A program made the translations under genes and the position numbers. DNA of 10,159 nt, taken from assembly GCA_046757025.1 (NCBI GenBank), contig JBHHXN010000186.1, forward strand, positions 1-10,159. The letters run 5' to 3'. The DNA comes from a bacterium. GTDB lineage: Bacteria > Zhuqueibacterota > Zhuqueibacteria > Oceanimicrobiales > Oceanimicrobiaceae. The notes below the pieces were generated by a model. The model was not told the origin of the DNA and searched no databases. It was given only the letters and a program-made list of their open reading frames with translations. This document shows, in pieces, positions 1 through 7,066 of the stretch. How positions within the stretch are numbered: position 1 is the first letter of the stretch; each line of letters begins with the position of its first letter.

Positions 1-110
1 TAATTTCTATTGTAAATACTGAACTTACAAATTTAAGTGTCGAAGTTGGGTTAGGAAAATCGGGGTTTGACTTTTATATGTGCAAAATTAAGGTCTGTTC
101 AGCCTTCGCT

Positions 111-148
111 GTCATTGTGGCTGAAGCGATAGCGGAATAGCGGAATCT
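111..148. repeat. Degenerate GTCATT...GAATCT-type REP-like half element with internal 8-bp tandem duplication
   Basis: gtcatt at 111-116 and ggaatct at 142-148 frame the tandem atagcgga/atagcgga (129-144). The same gtcatt...gaatct frame occurs in the cargo arms at 2411-2432 and 9088-9119. Confidence 0.3.
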
Positions 149-185
149 GCTGTCAGAAGCCCGCCACTTAAAGGTTGAATCAGGA

Positions 186-307
186 GGGGTTGTCCAAAAA
201 GGGCTGAATTTGATCGTAGCTCGACATTCATGTCGAGAAAATCAGCCTCAACACGAACGACATAAATGTCGTTTTACGGCGGCGGAACGCACTTTTTGGA
301 CAGCCGT
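186..307. mobile_element. MITE-like element carrying an inverted pair of GTAG-type REP hairpins
   Basis: Terminal inverted repeats ggttgtccaaaaag (188-201) and ctttttggacagcc (292-305) match 13/14. Inside lie cgtagctcgacattcatgtcgag (215-237) and the inverted related copy gaacgacataaatgtcgttttacg (255-278), each with a cgacat-x2-atgtcg hairpin. No credible coding capacity. Confidence 0.7.
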
Positions 308-351
308 GACAGGCCTGAATAGTTACCAGAATTATCAAATAACCACTTTGA

Positions 352-424
352 TTTCAACGCAGAGGCCGCGGAGAGCGCAGAGAGATATATTATTCTCTGC
401 GTCCTCGGCGGCCTCTGCGTTAAA
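352..424. repeat. Long imperfect palindrome (acgcagag/ctctgcgt-type REP-like element)
   Basis: aacgcagaggccgc (356-369) is the exact reverse complement of gcggcctctgcgtt (408-421). The stem extends to about 31 bp with few mismatches around an AT-rich loop, and the cgcagag unit is repeated within each arm. Confidence 0.85.
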
Positions 425-448
425 GAGAAATGTTAGAATGTGTAAATA

Positions 449-538
449 GTATCTGAACGAAAACGACCCGATCTTCCCGAAGGCCTCCTGGCCGAGGGTG
501 AATTCCTGCCCTGCTCGGCGGGGACGCCTTCGCGAAGA
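449..538 (+). mobile_element. Truncated MITE-like element (one end only), inverted homolog of 2195-2307
   Basis: Begins with gtatctgaacgaaaac (449-464), preceded by taaata (443-448). The rest aligns closely with the reverse complement of 2195-2307. Cargo arms tcttcccgaaggcctc (472-487) and gacgccttcgcgaaga (523-538) are 14/16 inverted. No second end is visible after 538. Confidence 0.75.
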
Positions 539-539
539 A

Positions 540-560
540 ATATACATAATGTATATACAT
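540..560. promoter_or_regulatory. Overlapping AT-rich palindromes, possible operator
   Basis: atatacat-a-atgtatat (540-556) is a perfect 8-bp inverted repeat overlapping the perfect 12-bp palindrome atgtatatacat (549-560). The function is inferred only. Confidence 0.3.
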
Positions 561-616
561 TTATCAATTAATATTGTTCCCCCGTACTATCAATAAAACA
601 ATTCTGAAACTGTGAC

Positions 617-1993
617 TCAAATCGATTGTTTTTTTTCTTCATCCGAAGTTGAGCCCAACCCCCGATAAATCGTGGTGCGCTGCACGCCCATCCACTCGGC
701 GGCTTTTTTGATGTTGCCATTATAACGTTTGATGACGTTGTGGAAATAGAATTGTTGAAATTCATTTAAGAGTTTATTTTTGGCTTCCTGGTAGGGCAGG
801 TCAAGTAAAGACGCAGCCATAGGGACAGGGCCGGTGGGTTGGTCGGCGCTCGTATCCCTAAAATGTTCCCGCAGCGCCGAATCGCCCAGCACCACAAATC
901 GTTCGATGGTATTTTTCAGCTCACGTACGTTGCCAGGCCAGGGATAATTTTGCAGCATCTGAAAGTGTTCAGACTGTAACTTTGTCGTCGGTTTTTGGGT
1001 TTGTATAGAATACTTCTGTAAAAAGAAATCGGCTATGATTGGGATGTCCTCAATTCGTTCGCGCAGCGGCGGGATGTACAGGTTCAACACATTGAGTCGG
1101 TGATAAAGATCCACGCGGAAGGATTTACTCTGGAGAGCTTCGGTTAAATCCAAATTGGTGGCGGCGATGATGCGAATATCGATGGGGATTACGCGTTCAG
1201 CACCTACCCTTTGAATCGACTGGCTTTCCAGCGCCCGCAGGAGCTTGGCCTGCAGTATCGAAGACAGAGTACCGATTTCATCCAGGAAAAGCGTGCCGCC
1301 GTTGGCGAGCTCAAAATGCCCGATGCGGCGCTGGTTGGCACCGGTAAAAGCGCCGCGCTCGTGCCCGAACAATTCGCTTTCGAACAGATTTTCCGGAATG
1401 GCGCTGCAGTTGACCGCGATGAACGGCTGCTTTTGTCGCTGACTGGATTTGTGAATTTCCCAGGCCGCCAGCTCTTTGCCCACGCCGGATTCGCCGGTGA
1501 TCAACACGGTGCTTTCCACCTGCGTGTACTGTTTGATTTTATGTTTGACTTTTTGCAGAGCCGGGCTGTCGCCCAGCAGGGGATCGTATTTTTCATCCAG
1601 TTTTCTTTGCCAGAGCAGGCGCTCTCGTAGGCGCCCCAGCTCCTGTTTCACCAGCACCAGCAGCTCCTTCACACTACCATATTTCGAGGTATAGTGATAC
1701 GCGCCTAATTTCATGGATTCCACCGCCACTTCAATGGAGGTCTGTTCCGAGATCATGATCACGGGAATTTGTGCATCCCATTTTCGGATTTGTTTGAGCA
1801 CATCCAGCCCGTTTTCGCGATTTCCTAACCAGTAATCTAAAAAGATGATGTCCGGGAAGGAAGTTTTAAGCAGTTTAAGAGCCGATTTGGCATTTAAAGC
1901 GTAGCGAAGGTCGAAATGATCGCGGGTAAACAATTTGAAATTCTCACAATATTTGCGGTCGTCGTCGATCAGCAAAACTTCGAATTTTTCCAT
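617..1993 (-). CDS. Sigma-54-dependent response regulator (NtrC/AtoC family: receiver + AAA+ + Fis-type HTH), 458 aa
   Basis: Receiver domain (LLIDDD, IIFLDY, VIMIS); Walker A GESGVGKE; ESELFGHERGAFTGA; Walker B LFLDEIG; FRVDLYHRLNV; YPWPGNVREL; C-terminal GNIKKAAEWMGVQRTTIYR HTH. ATG at 1993 is preferred over GTG at 2029 because AAAGGA lies 6 nt upstream of it. Confidence 0.96.
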   Translation of the reverse strand: MEKFEVLLIDDDRKYCENFKLFTRDHFDLRYALNAKSALKLLKTSFPDIIFLDYWLGNRENGLDVLKQIRKWDAQIPVIMISEQTSIEVAVESMKLGAYHYTSKYGSVKELLVLVKQELGRLRERLLWQRKLDEKYDPLLGDSPALQKVKHKIKQYTQVESTVLITGESGVGKELAAWEIHKSSQRQKQPFIAVNCSAIPENLFESELFGHERGAFTGANQRRIGHFELANGGTLFLDEIGTLSSILQAKLLRALESQSIQRVGAERVIPIDIRIIAATNLDLTEALQSKSFRVDLYHRLNVLNLYIPPLRERIEDIPIIADFFLQKYSIQTQKPTTKLQSEHFQMLQNYPWPGNVRELKNTIERFVVLGDSALREHFRDTSADQPTGPVPMAASLLDLPYQEAKNKLLNEFQQFYFHNVIKRYNGNIKKAAEWMGVQRTTIYRGLGSTSDEEKKQSI

Positions 1994-2153
1994 TTGATTT
2001 CCTTTCACTTGGTAGTCATTTTTCATCACGGAAAAACACGGATTGTACGAGAAAAGTTGGAACGAAAGCTAAAAATGAAATTGGTATGTGTTTATTTTGG
2101 CCGCCGCACGAAACGCGGGACTCGTACTGATTTATTGCTGTAATGTTAATTTT

Positions 2154-2307
2154 GTGTTTGAACGAAAACTCGAGAAATGCGCGATTTAAAAACCTCTTCG
2201 CGAAGGCGTCCCTTCGACAAGGCTCAGGACAGGTCCCGCTGAACCAGGCAGGTATTCACCCTCCGCACGAGGCCTTCGGGAAGAACGGGTCGTTTTCTTT
2301 CAATCAC
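2154..2307 (-). mobile_element. Complete MITE-like element with palindromic cargo and a nested 25-bp insertion
   Basis: Ends gtgtttgaacgaaaac (2154-2169) and gttttctttcaatcac (2292-2307) match 14/16 as an inverted repeat. 2195-2307 is the inverted homolog of 449-538, with an extra segment at 2213-2237 bounded by gtccc direct repeats. Confidence 0.8.
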
Positions 2308-2364
2308 TAATTACGACCTGAATTGCGCGATTAAGCTTGTATTTTTTTGCAAAAGGGTTGTGGG

Positions 2365-2584
2365 GGTGTTCACGCTTTAGAGCCTGTGTGAAAACGATCT
2401 AACACTTATCTGTCATTCTGTAGGAATCTTTTCTGTTTGTACGTAAAGTTCTGTTTATTAAAAAGATTCTTTCAGAATGACATCCAGGGAAAACGAAGTT
2501 GAAAAGGGTTACACAGGTACTTATCACACAATTTCTTCAGTGTGTTCCTCTCCATTCACCCCGACAAGCTAAAGCTTGAACACC
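2365..2584. repeat. Inverted REP-like pair (ggtgttca-gctttag type) enclosing an inserted element
   Basis: ggtgttcacgctttag (2365-2380) and ctaaagcttgaacacc (2569-2584) are 15/16 inverted. The right arm keeps its own hairpin caagctaaagcttg (2565-2578), whereas the left arm is cut off after gcttta. Confidence 0.65.
2380..2520. mobile_element. Degenerate MITE-like element with tgtcattc...gaatgaca cargo
   Basis: Left end gagcctgtgtgaaaac (2380-2395); right end ...acacaggtac (2511-2520, 8/10 inverted); tta on both flanks (2377-2379, 2521-2523). Internal arms tgtcattctgtaggaatctttt (2411-2432) and aaaagattctttcagaatgaca (2461-2482) are 20/22 inverted. Confidence 0.65.
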
Positions 2585-2697
2585 AAAATTCCTACCGATG
2601 ACGAATCGCTCAGTTCAGGTAAGAATCGTTCTATTAGCTTGATCGGCAATTTGACGGAGCACGTTTCCAGCTTTTCAGACTTCCGTGGCCGCTGCCG

Positions 2698-3043
2698 TCA
2701 CTTTTCTTTTAGCTGATCGACTATCTTATTTACTGCTTGTTTGAATTCTGGAAGATCATCTACGCGGTAAGCCATACTTTTTCGATATCGACTCCGAAGT
2801 AATCATGAATGAGCTTGTCGCGCATGCCCGAAATGTCTTGCCATGGGATATGAGGATGTTTTTTTCGCAATTGGTTCGGAAGCCGCTTAACTGCCTCACC
2901 GATGATTTCAATTTTTCGAATCGCCCATACTGAACGAGATGATATTTAACAAAAATCTTTTCGTCGATATTTTTTAGATAGTCTTCGATTCACGCGATGG
3001 CATCCAATATCTCTTGCAGATAAACATACTCATCAGGCTTCAT
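2698..3043 (-). pseudogene. HEPN/DUF86 (HepT-like) RNase toxin pseudogene
   Basis: Manual translation: [112 protein letters not shown]. It has the DUF86 hallmarks EIIGEA, IPW and RDKLIHDY (RX4HXY). It is broken by TGA at 2990-2992 and by frameshifts near 2925 and 2763. Confidence 0.9.
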
Positions 3044-3320
3044 AAATCATTTTGAGTTCTTTTGTAATTTTATCACGAAGGTACGGGCTAATGGCGGCCT
3101 CCGTCAACACTTTCACCTTCCTTTTTTATGCCTTTAACAGTTCACGTTCCAGTTTTACCAAAGCAAGAAGACTTTTTCTTTGGTAAAAATCAACCAACAA
3201 ATCGAGGTCACTTTGTTCGGTTGCCGTACCACGCACAATTGGACCCAAAACGCCTGTTATCGCGACTTCATTTTTACGACAATTTTCAACTAACTTATAT
3301 GTATCAAAAGACAATAACAT
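3033..3320 (-). pseudogene. Minimal nucleotidyltransferase (MNT/MntA-like) antitoxin pseudogene
   Basis: The ORF 3126-3320 (…RGTATEQSDLDLLVDF…) continues in frame past TAA at 3126-3128 as KRKVKVLTEAAISPYLRDKITKELKMIYEA* to 3033, giving a typical ~95-aa MNT that overlaps the HEPN start. The GS motif has become GP and the third Asp (KVDL) has become KVKV. Confidence 0.88.
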
Positions 3321-3726
3321 GATGAAAGTATTCGAGACATTGACTGATTTAGTTGAGCACCGATACCTACGAAAATAAAATAGCGATAATTAATTAAAAA
3401 GCAAGTGCAAAATTGATAGTTTGGCTCTTTGACGATCAAAGTGGGTAAAGTGGATATATGACCCATGAGTTTACACGGATGTCACACGGATTCGGGTTCT
3501 TCATAGCCGAAGTACCGGCATTTGATTTCCTCTTGACCTAAATGGATGAGTCGTCCTGACCGAGAATAGGCTACCTTTGAAAAACGGAAACGCCGATGAA
3601 CGTCCCAAGCGAACAAACTTAGTGTTTGTGCAAAAATAACTTGGAATTCTAGTTTTGCCAGCACTAAATGATGGACTGAGAAAAAGCTTAGAACACCTGC
3701 AGCCCGGGGGCTTAGAGGAGACGGGT

Positions 3727-3763
3727 AAAAAATGCTTGTGCCAGACGCATCGCTGACACAAGC
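3727..3763 (-). terminator. Intrinsic terminator downstream of the cytochrome cluster
   Basis: On the minus strand, GCTTGTGTCAG-8 nt-CTGGCACAAGC (11-bp stem with one G-U pair) is followed by ATTTTTT, 35 nt after the stop codon at 3799. Confidence 0.75.
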
Positions 3764-3798
3764 CGTAGTAATTGTTTATCAATTGAGAATTGAACAAG

Positions 3799-6700
3799 CT
3801 ATCTGTATAAAAAGATCATGGAGTAAATGATCAGCACGATGACCAGGATGCCCGTCACCAGACAGGCCAGGCCGAAGACACGGGCGCCGATCTCAAACCA
3901 GCGCGGCGGCGGTTCCACTAATTTTTTCTTAAATGATTTGGATTTGATGAGCTGGGCAAACTCCCGTGGCCGATCGTACTTCATTTCCGCCAGAGAGACG
4001 CTGCCGGTGAAAATCACCGGATCCATGGGAAATTTATCCGGCCGAAAATGGGTGTTGAAAAAGTGCACTGTAAAAATGAAGCCCGTAGCCAGCAGCGCCT
4101 CGTCGCTGTGGATAATCGTCGCCACGTTGATGAGCCAGCCGGGCAGTCCTAAATTGGTGAAGAATTCAGAAAACCAGAGCAGCAGTCCGCTGCCGCCGAT
4201 GACGCCGACACCCCAGAAAACCGCCAAATAGTCAAACTTCTCCCAGTAGGTCCATCTGCCGTATCCCGGACGGGGGCCGATGGCTAAAAACCATTTGATG
4301 GTCTGCCAGAATTCTATCAAGTCCTGTTTGCGTGGCACCAGCGTATCTTCTCCGCTCAGCATTTTTTTCAGAGTGAGTTTATTTTTGCGATTTTTATAAA
4401 ACAAATTTCCCAAATGCATGCAGAAGTAGGCAAAGGTGATCACCGCCGCCACGCGGTGAATAAAACCGGTCACTTCGTAGCCGCCCATCAGTTTGGACAG
4501 AAACTGAAACACACCCACCCCCGAAAATTTGATGGTCATGCCGGTGATGGCCAGGGACAAAAAGCTGACAATCACCATCAAATGCAGCGCCCGGGAAAAG
4601 GGGTCAAATCTCTGGAAATGGGTCTTCTTGGAAGAAAGTGCCACCACTTCGCTCATCTTTTCCTTGTGCCGATGCTGGCCATTTTTGCGGCGTTCCCGCA
4701 ATGCCCTTGGCAGCCAAAGGATGGTGTGCAAGCCTGAGAAACTAAACGTACCCACCAGCAGTGCGGTCATAAACCAGAACGTATAAAAAAGATACGGATA
4801 TTTGCTCTTGTTGTGGTGAGTAGCATGCGTCAAATAGCCCACAAATTTGCGATTGGAATTCGGGTGGCAGGTTTTGCAGGTTTCGATCACGTTGGCGCGG
4901 CTCAGGGTTGATTTGGGATTGGAAACCGGTAGAATGTTGTGCGCACCGTGGCAATCGTAACATTTCGCGGTACGGACCGAACCCAATTTCGACACTTTGC
5001 CATGAAAGGTTTCGAAGTAAGTCTCGGCCACATCGAGGTGACATTTACCGCACTGGTCCAAAATCCCCTGACGAAAGCTGCTCAAATCCACTCGTTTGAT
5101 GGTGTGCGAAAGATGACAATCGTTGCAGGCTGGTAATTCTGTATCGGTTTTGCTCACCGTGGGACTGTGGATGCTGTGCTTAAATTCTTCGTATATGCCC
5201 AGGTGACAATTGCCACAAGTGTGGGCAATGTTTTTTTCGTGGACCGTGGACAGCGTGTCGTTGGCGGGGCGCTCGTTGTGCGAGGTGTGACAATCGATGC
5301 AGGTGGCGGTCACCATCAAACCGCTCTGCAGAAGCCCTTTGCCATGAATGCTCATGGTGTATTTTTTGATGATTTCATGTTCCGGGCCTTGGTAGGCCAC
5401 CGCCGCTTTTTGACCTTCCCGATGGCAGCGACCGCACAAATCGGGAATATTGCGGGCAAAGGTCAACGACGTGACATCCGATTTATATTTCATGTCGTGC
5501 GTGCCGTGACAATCTGTGCAATACGGGGCGATGGGATTTCCCGCCTCATGAAAGATCCCGTGCTGGCTGGTCTGATAAGCCTCGACCTGCTCAGCGTGGC
5601 ACATGGAGCAATCCACTTTACCGCTGTCGCGGCAAACCGGGTCCTTAGCCGGATTGATGTTGGTGTGACACTTGACGCAGGAATTTTGCTGGTGCGCTGA
5701 ATTTTCCAAATGCGTTTTGTCCACGAACAGAGCATCTACGTGGTCATAGGTGGATTTGACCAGATCTCTTTTCGCATGGCAGGAAAGGCATTTTGAATCG
5801 GGATAGCTGAGCTCATAAAACACCCGGCGCACTTTATGCGGCTGGTGGCAGTCGATACAGCTTGGAATTTCATGCGGTTTCTTTTCCCACAGTTCGCCTT
5901 TTATCACTTTTAAATGCACGCGTTCGATCTGCGAGTGGCACTGCATGCAGGTGCCGGCGATTTTGTTTCGGTTGATGGAGGAAGCGGGATTCTCGTGCGG
6001 TAAAATTTCGTGTGCCGTGTGGCAGCTCGTACAAACCGCGGTGACGATCAAACCGCGTCTGAACAGACCGTCGCCGTGGATCGATTGGGAGTAATCTTCC
6101 AGCACGTGTCGCTCCGCCACGGTGCGCAGCGTTGAAACCGGCGTCCCTTCTTTGTGACACGATCCACAGAGCGCCGGCACGTTCATCACATAGGTTTTGG
6201 AATTTTCATTCTGTGCCGACAAAATAGCGTGCTGGCCGTGGCATGCAGAACAGCTGGGCGCCAGATATTTGCCATGCTTCAAGGCCTGGCCGTGCAAACT
6301 CGTTTCATATTTTGTCGCACTCTCCTCATGGCAGGGGCGGCAGGTTTCCGTCAGATTTAAAGGATGGATTTTCGACGCCGAATGAATGGCCGGCAGGATG
6401 TCATGGCTTCCGTGACAGGCGTTGCAGGTCGGCGCCTTTTCATCTCCCCGGCTCAGTGCCTGCTGATGCTGACTTTTCTTGAAATTTCTCCGGGCTTTCG
6501 AATGGCAGACCCCACAAGTTTTGGCAAGATTAACCGAATGTGTTCTGGATTGTGAAGACGAGGAAGAGAAAATGTCGTGCTTGCCGTGACAGGCGATGCA
6601 GGACACTTTGGCCTTGGTACCGTCGCCGGGAGCGTGCACACTTTGTTCATAAATTTCCAGAACGTCGTCGTGGCAGGTACTACAATCTACCGGCGCCAGG

Positions 6701-6990
6701 TTCTCTTCGTGAGGAAATTCTTCCACTTCGGCATCGGCGTGGCAAGAGACGCAGCCGTTTTCACCGTGAACCGATTGGCTGAATTGGTCTGCATTCACGA
6801 ACAACGACACTTCTTTTCCGTCACGCTCCGTGGTCATTTCCGCGTCGCCGTGACATTCAAAACAAGCGTCATCCTGCGCTTTGAGAACGACCGCGAATGA
6901 ACCATTCAGTAAAATCAGAATGATAATGAAAACATATTTTAGCCAGGTTGTCTTATTAGCCTGAGCACATCGTTTCAGAAGCCATTCCAT
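3799..6990 (-). CDS. 23-heme cytochrome c fused to a C-terminal FdnI/HydC-type cytochrome b domain (extended CbcL-like b/c cytochrome)
   Basis: N-terminal signal or hydrophobic stretch (…VVLKA-QDD) and 23 CxxCH motifs counted by hand. These are followed by a His-containing TM helix and a cytochrome b domain with conserved His residues (RALHL, FIHRV, IIHSDEA, TVHFF) and YWEKFDYLAVFWG. ATG at 6990 (1063 aa) is preferred; GTG at 7035 (1078 aa) is the alternative. Confidence 0.93.
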   Translation of the reverse strand: MEWLLKRCAQANKTTWLKYVFIIILILLNGSFAVVLKAQDDACFECHGDAEMTTERDGKEVSLFVNADQFSQSVHGENGCVSCHADAEVEEFPHEENLAPVDCSTCHDDVLEIYEQSVHAPGDGTKAKVSCIACHGKHDIFSSSSSQSRTHSVNLAKTCGVCHSKARRNFKKSQHQQALSRGDEKAPTCNACHGSHDILPAIHSASKIHPLNLTETCRPCHEESATKYETSLHGQALKHGKYLAPSCSACHGQHAILSAQNENSKTYVMNVPALCGSCHKEGTPVSTLRTVAERHVLEDYSQSIHGDGLFRRGLIVTAVCTSCHTAHEILPHENPASSINRNKIAGTCMQCHSQIERVHLKVIKGELWEKKPHEIPSCIDCHQPHKVRRVFYELSYPDSKCLSCHAKRDLVKSTYDHVDALFVDKTHLENSAHQQNSCVKCHTNINPAKDPVCRDSGKVDCSMCHAEQVEAYQTSQHGIFHEAGNPIAPYCTDCHGTHDMKYKSDVTSLTFARNIPDLCGRCHREGQKAAVAYQGPEHEIIKKYTMSIHGKGLLQSGLMVTATCIDCHTSHNERPANDTLSTVHEKNIAHTCGNCHLGIYEEFKHSIHSPTVSKTDTELPACNDCHLSHTIKRVDLSSFRQGILDQCGKCHLDVAETYFETFHGKVSKLGSVRTAKCYDCHGAHNILPVSNPKSTLSRANVIETCKTCHPNSNRKFVGYLTHATHHNKSKYPYLFYTFWFMTALLVGTFSFSGLHTILWLPRALRERRKNGQHRHKEKMSEVVALSSKKTHFQRFDPFSRALHLMVIVSFLSLAITGMTIKFSGVGVFQFLSKLMGGYEVTGFIHRVAAVITFAYFCMHLGNLFYKNRKNKLTLKKMLSGEDTLVPRKQDLIEFWQTIKWFLAIGPRPGYGRWTYWEKFDYLAVFWGVGVIGGSGLLLWFSEFFTNLGLPGWLINVATIIHSDEALLATGFIFTVHFFNTHFRPDKFPMDPVIFTGSVSLAEMKYDRPREFAQLIKSKSFKKKLVEPPPRWFEIGARVFGLACLVTGILVIVLIIYSMIFLYR

Positions 6991-7066
6991 AAGTATCTCT
7001 TCTTCATTGATTAAATGAAAATCACAAACTATCACTTTTTCAAATAGTTACTTCACGATGGATAAG

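Noticed and set aside
210..547. ORFs 210-449 (+) and 335-547 (-)
   Set aside because: They consist of palindromic repeat DNA, with no RBS or domain evidence.
2990..2992. In-frame TGA in the HEPN gene read as selenocysteine or recoding
   Set aside because: The same gene has two further frameshifts and its partner has a TAA stop, so ordinary decay (probably CGA to TGA) is simpler.
3473..3492. acacggat short tandem here and a similar cacgga pair at 2027-2043
   Set aside because: Only two short units with no inverted partner arm nearby; too weak to call an element.
3519..3531. 13-mer catttgatttcct identical to the regulator RBS/start region at 1991-2003
   Set aside because: It opens only a 6-codon ORF (MPVLRL) and the similarity does not extend, so it is probably chance or an untraceable remnant.
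3482..3797. ORFs 3482-3664 and 3501-3797
   Set aside because: No recognisable motifs, and the longer one spans the terminator hairpin.
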